This document shows, one piece after another, positions 39,039 to 52,213 of a stretch of 64,000 nucleotides of DNA. Every line of letters begins with the position of its first letter. Position 1 is the stretch's first letter. The DNA comes from Lytechinus pictus (taxonomy: Eukaryota): contig NC_087247.1 of assembly GCF_037042905.1 (NCBI RefSeq), positions 62,372,001-62,436,000 of the forward strand, written 5' to 3'. The notes beneath the pieces were generated by a model that did not search any database, had not been told where the DNA came from, and worked only from the letters and a program-made list of their open reading frames with translations. Made by a program: the position numbers and the translations under genes.

Positions 39039-42000
39039 TAGTCGATTTGACAGTCCCATAGGCTCAATACACCATCCTAGAAATGTTCTTTCCGATGAAG
39101 TTTTTTTCTTGATTCGTGTTCCTATGGGGTCCTAGAACAAATTCAGATTGGTTGCCCAAAGTTGCCGTTTGGGCAATTTTGCTAATTTGCATAAATCCAA
39201 AATGGCCGCCAGATGCCATCTTGAAAACCTAACTTTTGAACCCCTTGCCCCAAAATTATGAGTAATTACTCTTTTCAGGGGTTTAGGGGTGTGTAGAACC
39301 AATTTCTATTATCATTTTTGCAATATAAGGCCATCTTCAGGTCAAATCCAAGATGGCCACCAGATGCCATCTTGAAAAATTGACTTTTGATCCCCTTGCC
39401 CCAGAATGACGAGTAATACCTCTGCAATGTTTATGGGTTTTGGGATGTGTAGAATCTCTTTCTGCTATCTATTTTGCAATATAATGTCATCTTCAGGTCA
39501 AATCCAAGATGGCCGCCAGATGATGCCATTTTGAAAAATTAACTTATGATTCCTTTGTCCCAGAATCATGACTAATACCTCTTTTCGTGAGTTATTTGGT
39601 ATGTTGATTCCATTCTTGTTAATAATTTTGCAATATTGGATCATCTTCTTCAGATCAAATCCAACATGTTCAAGATGGCCGCTAAACGCAATATTAAAAA
39701 AATACTTCCCGAGACTATTGAACCGTAAAGAAGTACTCTCCCTAAAAGCGTACACGCTTTCCTGAAGAGGTTGCTATTATGTGTAAGAGCTCATTTAAGA
39801 GGATTTCAGTAAAAATGGTTCATTTCTTTTAATTACTCCATCTTTAGTTCGAAGTTAAGTCATGTCTAAGATGGTCAGAAGGTTGATAGATTTCGTCATT
39901 AACCGCTCACTTTAGATTGAAACAATTCAAGGTTCGGGCTATGATCTATTTCGGGAGTCCATATCATTTTTTTACGTCCAACTATACTTTTCTAGTGAAA
40001 GGACTTTGAAGTGTTATTTGAATTAAAAAGTTATTTTTTTAGAAAATTAGTTAACTTATTACCTTCCTTTATAATCATCGGACTTTTCGTCCTGACAAGA
40101 GCCATTGACTTGGAGTGCACTATTTAGCCTCCTGCAGTCTTGGCTCCCCCAAGACTGTTCCATGGTCGTATCATTCCATGACAACAGTTTGCTACAACGC
40201 TGGAACATCTGGTAACTTCACCCAGTTCCTGTGAGCAGTGGCGTGAAGCAAGGCTGCGCCTGGCCCTGACACTCTTTGAGATCTTCTTCTCAATGCTTCA
40301 CTAGTATGCATTTGGCGAATGCACAGAAGGCTTCTCCCCCTATATCCGTACCAGAGACCAACTACGTGCCAAAACAATGGTCAGGATGGTTCTCATTCGT
40401 AAGATGTTGTACGGAAACGATGTCGCCCTTGCCTCTCAAGAAGCGGGAGTACAAGAAATAGTCATACAGCCGCCTGTCCTGTGCATGTAAGGAGTTTGGA
40501 TCACCCATCAGCCTGTGAGACAGAAATCCTGATCGACTCAAGACACTGACTGTCCTCCAGATATCTCTATGAACAGCATGCACTCGTCTGGTTGTGGAGG
40601 ACTCTTCACCTACCTTGGATCGACTATCTGTCTCTAGCTTCTTTTCCCTGGACAATGAGATAAGCACCAGAAAAGGAAAATCTGCCACAGTCATGGCAAA
40701 GCTCCTGTACGGAAGTAAGTCCCGGAAAATGTACGCCGACCAAGAAAAGCGGCTAAACACCTTTCATGTCAGCTGCCTCGGACGTATCATGCACATTGAA
40801 TGGCAGGACAAAGTAAAAAAATACAGAGGCCTTCAGCGTACGTGCCGGCATCCTCAGTTTATTCTCGCTCTCTAGTCAAAGGCGCCTCAAGGGGTTGGGG
40901 CATGTTCGCCGCATGATACATTGGCGAATCCCAGAAGCGATTCGCCCAGGTAAGGTGAGCTGTGTGATTGGTCTCATCCCAGCTACACCTGCAAACGTGA
41001 CATAAAACTTGCCGGCATAGACACTAACACTTATGAAGATGTAGATGATAGTCACCATTCTATGAAGAGCTACTAAGTACAGGGGTCAAGACGTCAGGAA
41101 ATAATCGGAATGCTAAATTGGCAGACCAAAGACAGAGGAGGAAGGCTAGGACAGCATCTCCATCTAAACCTGTCTCAGCGTCATTCTCCTTCATCTGCAC
41201 AAATTTGCTCTAGAGACTGCCACTTACAGCCACTCTCGAAAATGTAAGACCTAGCACTACACCATCGTCTTTTAAGACGAACTGATGCCTACCAATCATC
41301 TGACACATTGATTTCGGAAAAATATGGAGAAAACACTTTCTAATTCAAATAAGACTCTAAAATCCTCTTCAGTACAAAAGTATGGATGGACATTAAACAA
41401 CTAAAAATATACGCAAAATGGATCATAGCCCAAACCTAAAGAGGGTTCATTCTAAGGTGAGCAGTTAATGCCGAAATCTGACATCTCAGATGTGACTCCA
41501 CCTTGACCTAAGACTTGGGAATTAACAAAACAAATGAGTATTCTTACTGATATCCCTTTACATTAGCTCTAACACGTAAAAGCCTCAGAATGTATTATTT
41601 CAAGATGGCGTTTGGCGGCCATCTTGGATTTGATCTGAAAATTTTCCTTTATGCAAAATCAGAGCATAAATTGAATCAACATACCAAATGACTCACGAAC
41701 AGAGTTATCATTCATAATTCTGTGGCAAAGGGTTCAAAAGTTAATATTTCAAGATGGCGTCATCTGGCGGCCATCTTGGATTTGACATGAAGATGACCTT
41801 ATATTACAAAAATAATAACAGAAATGGATTCTACACAACCCTAAACCCCTAAAAGGAGTTATTCTTCGTCATTTTGGGGCAAGTGGTTCAAAACTTAGGT
41901 TTTTAAGACGGCATGTGGCGGCCATTTTGGATTTATGCAAATTAGCAAAATTGCCCAAACGGCAACTTTGGGCAACCAAGCTGAATTTGTTCTAGGACCC

Positions 42001-42075
42001 CATAGGAACATGAATCAAGAAAAAAACTTCATCCGAAAGAACATTTCTAGGTTCGGAAAATGTCAAATCGACATA
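39039..42075. mobile_element. Second foldback-type TAG-ended DNA element (Academ-like), containing an RTE fragment
   Basis: Outer TIR TAGTCGATTTGACA / TGTCAAATCGAC(A)TA; ~0.5-kb inverted arms with ~155-bp CAAGATGGCCGCC subrepeats. Confidence 0.83.
40080..41293 (+). pseudogene. 5'-truncated, heavily decayed RTE-clade LINE (RT remnant)
   Basis: SLDNEISTRKGKSATVMAKLLYGS...RLNTFHVSCLGRIMHIEWQDKV is RTE RT-like; TSD AATCATC at 40073 and 41294. Confidence 0.82.
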
Positions 42076-42474
42076 GTTTATACATTGAACGGAACATCAT
42101 ATCCCTAAAATTCAAATTCATCAGTGAATGATAAATCGAACATTACCATGGTGATACAAACTTTGGACTTCATTTTTTTTACGACAAACCACTGTTTGAC
42201 ATTGGATGTCATAAGAGTTATTTGAACGTGAAGACATAGGTCTGTCTGCTTTATCTTAGACCACATTCTAACTATAAGCCCCCAAATCCGACCATATTTG
42301 ATAATTCCTACTATTTTGTTCTTCCTTGCTTTCAAGATGAATAAAAACACTTCAGTTATAATTCCCCCACAGTAATAAATTATTTAATTGTCAAATGAGA
42401 GTTGATGAAGGAAAATTTTCAAACAGATATTTGTGCCACATTTGGCTATCCATACTTAAACCACAACTTTAGAC

Positions 42475-42629
42475 CAGAGCCCCGTAACACAAAGGTCAGC
42501 GATTAATTTGAAAGAGCAATTCTGATTGGGTCTTAGTTAGTCTACTGAGTAAATGTGCATGCAATGATGATCTTGATAGGCAATTTCATTTAGCAATTTG
42601 ATCGCAAACCTTTTTGTTATGTGGCCCTG
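42475..42629. mobile_element. ~155-bp MITE
   Basis: CAGAGCCCCGTAACACAAAGG / CCTTTTTGTTATGTGGCCCTG imperfect TIRs. Confidence 0.55.
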
Positions 42630-42705
42630 AGTTTAAATCAAACCCAAGTTCAGAATAAGGGCGATATTATACAAGGAGACAGGGTAAAATGTGAACAATG
42701 CTGAT

Positions 42706-44176
42706 CAGGGTGACCAGACGTCCCGTATTTCCCGGGATCGTCCCGTATTTTGCTCCTTTGTCCCGGCGTCCCGACAAACCTTTCCCGGGACGCCTATTTG
42801 TCCCATATTTTTTAGAATATTGAACAAAATGTAGTTAATACATTCAAAAGTGATGAATTTTCATCAAATAACCAAACAGATGACGAAGCAGAGACAACAA
42901 TAAAATCGATAACTAAACTTTTGCAAGTTCTGCGGGTGATTTTCTTCCTAACCCAATACATTGCAAACGAACTGGCTTCTGCCTGTGTGTGGCAGGCTAG
43001 CTGGGCATGTAGGATCGGAGCAGATTCTCAATGGTGCAAACAATCTCACATGATAAACGGTTTTTCCACCAAAATAATCACAAAATAGGCGGCAAATTTT
43101 TGTAATCATATTACGGATTTTCAGATTACTGATTTAATCGGAGGAACAAGTTTTTTTAGTTTTCATAACTGGATCTAGTTGTTTTAGCTTTCGTTTTGAG
43201 TCTTGTTGTGTATGAGGCCGCGCTTTTTCCTCTAATTTGTAAGTTGACAATGTTTCATTTTAAAATTTTATTCATTTCTAAAACACTTAGTTTTTCAAAA
43301 TTTTAAAAATATATCTAAAAAACACCAAATCATTTCTGTTAGATAATTGGATTGCTTTTGTTTGCTTGAAGTTTGAACTTTTTCCCTCTTTCTTTCATTT
43401 CTATCCTTCATCCTTCTATCCTTCCTGCTTGCTTTTTTTGTTCCATCTATCTTTTAATATTCCCTACCTTTCTTTCCATATCCTTTCTCTCTGTGTTAAT
43501 TTTTCTTTCTTTTCTTCTTTCTCTTATCTGCACTTTTTATTTCCTTCATTCTTTCTTTCCTTAAACTTTTATTTTCTTCCTTCTCCCTTCCTCTCCTCAG
43601 TTCCTTTTCCTTCTTTCTCTCCATTATTTTTTTGTCATTCTCTCCTCCCTTCATTCTTTCCTCCCTCTCTTTCCTCCTTTCTTTCATTCTTTATTTTATT
43701 TTTCCTTCTAATTCTTTCCCCTCAGTATTCTTTCTTTCTATCCCTCCCTCCCTTCCCCCTTCCTGTTTTTCTTCTTTCTTTGTTTGTTTCTTTCTTTCTT
43801 TCAAAGAATGAAGGAAACATTTTTCTTTCCTCCTCCTTTTTCTTACTTTTATTTTCTTTCTCTCCTTTATTTTGTCTTTCACACATTTATTCATCTTCCC
43901 TTTCTTTCTATATTCAATTCAAAGAATTCAAAGAATGACAGAAACCTTTTTTCTCTCTTTTATTCTTTCTTTCATGCTTCTTTTATTCTTTTTTCCCCTT
44001 CATTTTTTCTTTCTTTCTTCTCATTTCATCTCTTTTCTTTCTCTCCTTCATTCTTTCGTTCACCCTCCCTTCCAATTCTTTATATTTTTTTCACAACTCG
44101 AACACTGTGTAGCCTTCTTTGTTGATCTTTTTTATCGATTGTCCCGTATTTCATTTTGTGAAATCTGGTCACCCTG
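42706..44176 (+). mobile_element. Non-autonomous hAT element (Blackjack-like ends) with ~0.75-kb CT-rich tract
   Basis: TIR CAGGGTGACCAGA, subterminal GTCCCG repeats, exact 8-bp TSD ATGCTGAT. Confidence 0.9.
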
Positions 44177-44248
44177 ATGCTGATAGATGAAGAATGACCA
44201 TTGTGATTGCAGTACTGCAGATGTATGGTGTGAAGAGAAGGTCTTACT

Positions 44249-44606
44249 AGGTGGTTTCAGACCGCCTCGAAGTTCGTCAGTTCCAGGTATTCTCTGATCG
44301 GGAAATTTACCCCGATCAGAAAATACCAGGTATTTTGGCAATGTGAAAGCAATTTACGGGAACTTTTAGCCAAGCGTGTCGTTGGGCGCGGGCGCCGTGG
44401 GTGGCTGCTGGGCTAGTGGTTTTGAATCTCGCGCCTTGCCTGCTTATTAGACCATACTGCGCATGCTCCAAACTTCAGGAATTTATCCCGAAGGGTATGT
44501 TTCGGGGCGGTGTGAATGCAGGAATAATTAATGGGTATTTTTTAGCCTAAAAATGTTCTCGTAATTTAACGGGGATTCTTGTGATCGAGGCGGTTTGAAA
44601 ACTAGG
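44249..44606 (+). mobile_element. MITE, AGGTGGTTTCAGACCGC family, short copy
   Basis: TIR-bounded, homologous to 55152-55624. Confidence 0.8.
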
Positions 44607-44609
44607 TAA

Positions 44610-44823
44610 GAGTCAAATGATAGATTGGTGGGGATTTTTTACCTGATTGCTAAGAAAGCATGAATGCTTGTAAGCAAGCAACCAGAGGACCGACGGCTTA
44701 AGGTCCTCTCCGAAGGACCTGGTAATGAGGATTAATGCCTTATCAAAGGGCACTAGCGCACCAAGTGGGAATCGAACCCGGGTCACCGGAATACGAATCC
44801 CCCGCTCTACCGACTGAGCTATC
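44610..44823 (-). mobile_element. tRNA-derived SINE
   Basis: A box TAGCTCAGTCGG, B box GGTTCGATTCC, body GGTCCTTCGGAGAGGACCTTAAGCCGTCGGTCC (Meta-SINE-like); no acceptor stem. Confidence 0.8.
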
Positions 44824-44958
44824 TATTTCTAAGCAACAAGAATATATACAGATATTTCTGTTATCTAAACTGAAAAAGTAAACATAGGTCTATAATGCTC
44901 ACACTTAAAAGTTAGGCTTAATTAATACTGGATCAGAAATTTGTAAAGTATACCTTAC

Positions 44959-44998
44959 ATTATTATCAAGAAGCTTCTGGAATCATAACGTAAACCAC
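44959..44998 (-). CDS. Candidate 40-nt upstream exon of the CUB/EGF gene
   Basis: TAG acceptor, GTAAGG donor, phase 1-2; splicing to 22905 gives GLRYDSRSFLIIISCYLIHHISA, a signal-peptide-like stretch. No homology support. Confidence 0.35.
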
Positions 44999-45910
44999 CT
45001 ATAAATGACATGATAGATAGATTACGTGAATATGGCTGGAAAGATTGAGCTTAAACATTCTGTTCTTCCTTACAATTTAAAATTTTTGATATCCCTTTCA
45101 AAGCAGACTGTCCTGGGGAGTAAAAGGGTGAGCCCACTACCTGTTAATAAATCTGAATTAATTTTTTATTAACAAACTGCCTTTTCATGGAATCACACTT
45201 CAGGGGTAGGGGCACAATATAGAAAAATATTGATAACTAATGTATTCTTTCAAAGAATCTTGATAATATCTACTTCTTAGATACGGCCTCTTAATATCAC
45301 ACAAGAATATTGAAAATTAGAATTGGTATATCATTTTTCCATATGTTGGTACAATATCAATAGAGTATTTACAGCCACTTTGTCTTGATGAAAGTGAAAG
45401 TTAGGTAGACTAATTATTAGAATGATATCATCAATGTCCTATATTTTGAAAAACAATTGAGAGGAATGGCAATGGACCAAAACAGCTTTAATGGAAGCAG
45501 CAACAATACTCTTAAATCATTATATTTTTCATGAAACTAAGAATAGATGAGTTCATAATCCTAATCCCATTGATACAATAACTTCCTTTATCCTAGTAGA
45601 TGGCATGAAATATAATCATTTTCTGATAGTCAATGCCACAATAGGGATTATGATGTTTCCGTTCAGACCCTCAATTATTCTTGGCATCCCTTGAAGCGAG
45701 GATATTAATATGAAAAAAATGAAAACTAATCCTTATAACCTTATTTTCTCTTATAATTTATTCAACCTTATATTCCTTTCTATACTATAAATTGAGTGAC
45801 AACATGGCAGTGGACGATAATGCATTATAATACTCATTTGTAATGAACTAAATCTATTTACATATGAAAGAGAAAATCAATAAAATGGAGGTAATTAAAA
45901 TAATAGTGAC

Positions 45911-47012
45911 CCTGCGCGAAGCGTGGAAGCTAAAGCTTTTTATCATTTTTTTTTAAAGAAAAGGGTTCCAAGAAAAGGGTATTCTCTAAGTTATCAGTAT
46001 TGAATACTTCCCTTGGAAAGTTCAGATTTGATTACAAACAATTTAGCGACAGTGCATATCTTTAACTCGCAAAACAGAGGAGAAGAATGTACGCCGGGAG
46101 GAAGATATTCCTCCCCGCGCAGAGCAATGAAACTCTGAAATTTCAAAGGGCGGACATTTCGTCAATTGTTTTCCCTCTAAGATTATTGAATTTCATTACA
46201 AGGAAAATGGTCCGCAAAAAGTTGAAACTTCTGTGATTTATTGAAATTATATAAAACAGGATGATGTATAATTTCTTTGACTTATCCTGATGCGCTTCAT
46301 TTTGAATGATAAAGACATTTAAGTGTCATTCAAAATTTCAAAACTGAGGGTGCAAATCAGGACAGGAGATGAATGTGTAGGGAATTGACATGAAGTTTAG
46401 TAGAATTTGATAAAAAAATATTGTACTTTTTTATTTAATACAACACAAATTTTACACCTTCCTCTTTAAAAATTAGGAACCTGTTTGCCCCAAAATTATG
46501 GTTGTTTAGTAATGAGCTGAAAAGCGGGAGAAGTTGCCTATATGGAGGTGACGGCAGAAATTGATTTAAAGATTTTACCCGCCCGGAGCCGACCAGACCA
46601 ATAGTTGCGCGACCAATTAAAAAAAAAGATAACTTCATATTCTTCGGTCTTTCCTTACTCTAATTTCATGCCCTAATGTATATATTTGAACTTTAATTGG
46701 CAAGAAACACATATAGCTGAGGTGGAAAAACAGGGCTAGAGAAAGGGTGAGGAAAACAAAGGAGAACTGCAATATTGTCATTTAACCGCGCGCAGTGCGG
46801 AAGCAAAATTTATATATATAAATTTAGAGCAAGAGTGAAGGAGTTTATTTTTTGAGAAAAAAATAAAATAAAAGGAAAAACCCACAAAGCTACCTTTCTT
46901 CCCTTTCCTTCCTTCGCTTTTCCTTTTCTCCTCTCTTTTTTCCCTTCTTTTTGGGGGCGTTTTTTTTGGGGGCGACCGCCCCCACTGCCCCCCCCCCATA
47001 GCTACGTGCCTG
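45911..47012 (-). mobile_element. Truncated inverted copy of the 3613-4990 hAT element
   Basis: Reverse complement aligns by eye to ~3613-4710; lacks the last ~280 bp. Confidence 0.88.
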
Positions 47013-50000
47013 TGTTACATCCATAACAGGGTTATCCCAATACCAAGAAAGATTAATTTAAAATGATTTGGGACTGTTCTCTTCCATGAGCTAAAAAAAT
47101 CCAAGTGTAAACCACATCCTATGCTTGGCTCAATCAATATAAGAACAAGGATACATGATTCCCTTTATCACGCAAGAATCACATGACAATCTAGTGGACA
47201 TTGTTAATTACATCAACTAATTAAAAATACATTTATGTATGATGATGCCCTTGTCTTACATCATGGTTATGATTTTATCGAGTGGCACTGATTTGATATC
47301 TACTTCCGTGTCTACAGATAATCTTACCTGAACAAAAAATAATTCATCATCACGAATGTGAAGAGGTCATTACTACCAAATAGAGTTTTCTAATAGATAT
47401 ATGAAATGAACATTGTTTATTACTTTCATTGGTTAGAAATGCCTGATTTATGAGCTCTTACCTTTTTTCATCAATACATGTATGCGGCTATGCCTATAAT
47501 AATTGACATTTGATATAACAACATCCTTCATCAGATAATCTTAATTTAAATGATCCCAATCATTGTGAATTTTGATCTTGGTGTAGACCTCAACTAAGGT
47601 TAATTTCTTTATTTACTTTTTATTAATCATTATCCCCTTGCAGAAATAATGATCAGAAACTACATGTATTGCAGTTCATTATTATGTTACTTGCCTGTTT
47701 GGCATGAAGAATGGGATTTATAATCAACCATTGATCTACAATAACAATATAATTGGTCTCTTGTTACAAATAAAACCTGTAAATTACAATGTGAAGATAA
47801 TCAGATAAACTGTACTTTTAGACAACAGTAAAAGTATAACTTCAAAAATTCATTGTATTACGGTATCATTCATACAAAATTGATATCTGATATTGATACA
47901 GGCTGAGGATGAGCATTAAACTGTACGGGCTTCATGTGTGTGATATGGCATTAAGAATGGTCTATCATTAATAACTTCACAACATATGTATAAATTTGAC
48001 AATTTAATCTTTTCTCCAAAAAAAAGGCAGCCATTCTTATTATGTGGAATAATAATTCATACTTGCAACTGTGACAAAAACAAATGAAATAACATTATGT
48101 CATGATTCCCTTTAAATATTATCAATTCATTCAACAGAATAGTCTTGACCAGACAGAAGAGATTAAGACAGGGGTGTTACTACTTTTATAGGGGTATAAG
48201 GGTCCATTCAGTGAGGATTAATCTCATGGATAATGAGATTAATTTTCATCATCCTACTTCAAAACATCTCCTTAACAACAAGTGACTCAAAGTGAACTTT
48301 CTCAGTGACAGGAGCTACATGTATGTTGAGCGTATTTCAGCTGACTCCATACATTAAAATGGTTTCCTTCTCTGTTTTTGTTTTTCAAATTTAAATAATA
48401 TCCTCTTGTAAATGAATTTGGAATTTTCTATAAAAGTTTACTAAAAGACAAATTAAATACATGGAATAACTGCACATAAATTGTTGAGCCTAATACTGCA
48501 GATTATGTTGGAAATTCAAACCATACTTCTTGCAAACTATTATCAGTGGGTGTTCTTCCCCTTTGTCAATGAACATTGTACATTCTATTATAGGACATGC
48601 TTCATGAAGAATAAAAAAAAGTGCATTATTGTTGTTGAATCTCTTAAGATCACCTAAAAATAAAAATCATACATTTTTGCTGAAGTAATAAATAGTTAGC
48701 ATGCGCAATACCCTTGTAAACTCCTAGATCAGTAGTTTTGGAGGAGGTTGAAGGCTTGACCATGTTATTGTGAAAGAAAAAAAAAACATGAGTGAGACAG
48801 GAACAGCTCTTGGTAGATACACAAAGCAATAAAGGAGAATCTGGTAAACTATTTTTAAAAATTTGATTGCAACCTGTCTTCTATACAGCATCAAATTGTT
48901 GAACACATTATCTTTTAATAGGAAAAGTGCTGTACTTCATGTACCATGCACATCCCAAAGTCAGTATTATAGTGATTGCATGATGTACAGTAGAGTAGCA
49001 TGTGAATTGTGATCAATGACCTGATAAATGTCTTATCCTTGATATTTATGTTTGAATCACAAATCACTTGGTTAACTTAGAAGAAAATAGCAGTGAACAG
49101 AATAAACCATAATGGAAAACTATAATGTTTAAGAAGGTCAGTAATAGTGGGAGGTGATTTCCTTACTAATGCTTAACCCTACCCATTTCTAGGTTGTTGT
49201 TTTTTTACAACAGGTGTTGCTGGGTTATTTAAATGAAACTTGTCCTTTTGCACATTTATGACCAAATTAGCAAAAGAATCCTGCATGAATGGTACAATAT
49301 CAAAATCATACCTCATGTTCACAGATATAGGCATAAAAGGTATCAATTATATTAATGCACTCCTATACACCTTATAATTGCCCCCCCCCCACCTCCTTGG
49401 ACAATGCAACACAATTTCATTACATTGAACTGGACATCTTTCATAAAATAGTCAAGTCAAATCCATCCGGTTTTTTTAATAGAGTGAATATGTTTAAAGA
49501 GTAGATAAGACATCTATTCTGTTTACTTATCATCTTTGATATGGCTCAACTCTCTAAGGGAGTAAAACAGTCAGGTTTACTTTGTTTTTTACAACTAACC
49601 TTTTGCACTAGTGAAGCTGAATCACATTCAGTACATGATGTCAACTTGAATGTGTTATGACATGAGAAGCTATGTACACCACATTAAAAGTTCATCTGTC
49701 AATTTGTGGTTTCTGATCATATTTCTTCTAAAACCTTAAGAAAAAGGTCACAAAAACACAACTTCAAGGGAACTCAAAATCTTGAAGCCAAGTGGCACCT
49801 GGAATTCATAATTGCAGGAAATTGCCACACTGAAATGAAGTTTGAGTGTCTTTTTGACAGTTTAATGGTGATAGATAAGGAGTATGATTTTTTTCTATCC
49901 ATACAAGGTCAGAAAGCATCTACAATCCAGATAATTACCTTTCTAACAAATAATCATAATAAAAATATTTGTTTACAGACATTCAAGGATCTACCACTCA

Positions 50001-50215
50001 TTAACTGATGTGAATTCATATTTTCTTGAGTAGCTTATGAAAACAGAATTTTTTTCATATGGTTGCTGAACTTTAAAAATCATCTACATAATCTTCCAAA
50101 CAATAGGCACATAAATCATTTTGATTGGCAATTCAAGGTCAAATATACCTGTACTCTGTATTCAACCTTACATGCTTAAAACAAATCAATAAACAATTTT
50201 TATAAATGGTGACAA

Positions 50216-50245
50216 TACGAGGGGCGACAGAAAAGTTTTGAGCCT
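50216..50245 (+). mobile_element. Solitary mariner-like TIR
   Basis: TA|CGAGGGGCGACAGAAAAGTTTTGAGCCT; partner end not found. Confidence 0.4.
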
Positions 50246-50379
50246 AACATAAAAACGATTAAGATATGTAGACCCAATTAGGTTCATAAAATCTTTCACA
50301 TTCCTTAATCCTATCCACCAAATTTCTTGGTCATAGCAATATTTAGTATTATAAACCTTTCTTTAAAAATGTCGAATAA

Positions 50380-50753
50380 TCCGTTCCTCTGATTGGTCAA
50401 AAGTGGCCCCATGCCTGCAAAACAACAAACTAAGGTGGTAACCAAGGGCAATGGGCGTAGTTAACAAGATTTCTACCCGTTGCCCCCTGACCTGCCCCTT
50501 GACAATGGGGATAGCATAAATATCCACGCGATTTGATCGAAAGTTTTAGACGACTCACGCGCTTATTCTGCAAGTGCGTGTAACGGATATGACATATCGG
50601 TGGAACGATGCCGATCTTGGACTTTTGCTTGTTTATTCCTGTTAAAAAATCTAGGCATTATCCAAAAGAAGACTAACTTATTAAGGACATAACGGATGTA
50701 GATCTATCAATCATCAAGTCTGTTGCAGTTGTTCAAATGCATGTTCGCAAAAG
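50380..50753 (+). promoter_or_regulatory. Candidate promoter and non-coding first exon of a plus-strand transcript
   Basis: Locally CpG-enriched non-TIR sequence, inverted CCAAT at 50392, consensus AAG|GTAAGT donor at 50753/4. Confidence 0.35.
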
Positions 50754-51113
50754 GTAAGTCGGCTAAAAAGATTAGACTGTCGCTGCACTAGATCAAGATC
50801 TAACTTTAAATTAGGGACTAACTTTAGACTTTAACTTAGGTCAGGGCGTTAGGTCTAATGACAATAAATGTTGTCGCTAGGTCCAGTTCTAACGTTAGCT
50901 TAGTCTAACTATAACTTTAGATCTAAGTTAGATGGTTTACTAATGTTCCGTTTAATCTTAGTCTCTGACGTAACTGTAGTGTTAGAAATCTAACGTTAGA
51001 TCTAGATCTACCGTTAGACTCTATTATATTCGAGACCCAACATCAGGGCTAACCATTTAGACTAGATCTAGATCTAACATTAACATTTAGATCTAATTCG
51101 GTTCATAAAATAT

Positions 51114-51257
51114 ATATAGACTGCTTTGATATTCGAAACATGGTTGTTTCTTTCGGCTCGCTGGTACCGCACGGCCAGACCATGCCCTCGGGCATAGTCG
51201 CGTTGTGGTCCCCTTGAGCCTCTAGAAACAACCATGCCTCTCAAAGCAGTCCATATA
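51114..51257. mobile_element. Small palindromic MITE
   Basis: GACTGCTTTGA..CATGGTTGTTTCT / AGAAACAACCATG..TCAAAGCAGTC in (TA)-rich flanks. Confidence 0.7.
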
Positions 51258-51889
51258 TCTATATTATTTAACAGGTTCTTGTATCAGGTGACCCTTTAAT
51301 TACAAGTCCAGAGTCAGATTACCCCGTACACTGCAAGTACAAATGAAATTTGTAATTCTGGGATACTTAATTTACAATTTAAAAAAAGCCCAACAAACTT
51401 GACACAATATTAGAAGATTCAAATGTGATGCAAGAATTGTTCTAAAATAGACACCTCATTTCTTTCTACCAGATGAATATACTGAGGTCACATTTTCTTC
51501 TTTACACTGACTGATTAAAATTATGAAGAGAGAGAAAGAAATATTTCAATGTCACCTTATTTAATGAGCACATTACATCACGCTTGAAAATATTCTACAT
51601 TTAAAGGACACAAAGGATTTATTCACTGTTATTCGTGGTAAATTATACTGAACACAATTTAATGTGCTTGGAGTTTAACAGGCCATGGACCCTGTAGTCA
51701 TGAAATGTTGCTTTATCGGACATCCGTTCTCACCAGACCAATTGTCCTTCTTACTGCAACAATGATTTCCTTCCTGGTATGATAAAGAAGGTTGACATTG
51801 TTTTAATGTGTAGCTGCACAATCTTTAAAATGTCACCAGTTTTTTATCAACATTAAGGTCTGTTTACATATTGAAGGCTAAATAACGAG

Positions 51890-52213
51890 GAGAGAATCAT
51901 GACAATCAAATCTCCAAACAGATATTATAGCTCGAGTACAGACATTACTCTACTCCATGTTCCACGGACAAATAAAGCTGGTGACAATGCTTTTCACACA
52001 TGTGCCCCAAGACTCTGGAATAACCTTCCAAGATATATGCGACTTTCTCCTTCTTTGGAAGTATTTAAGAAACATCTCAAGACTCTGCTTTTCAATCAAT
52101 AATATTTACATGTATTACAGTAGTTATTATAATTTTCTATTCAATCATTGTGTAAAGCGCTGTGAAACGATGATATATTGTACGAGCGCTATATAAATGT
52201 ACATATTATTATT
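51890..52213 (+). mobile_element. 3' fragment of an L2-type LINE
   Basis: GDNAFHTCAPRLWNNLP...FKKHLKTLLF* then TGTAAAGCGC...GCGCTATATAAAT(ATT)n tail. Confidence 0.85.

Noticed and set aside
44750-44823. tRNA gene
   Set aside because: A/B boxes present but no acceptor stem or T-run terminator; continues into a SINE body
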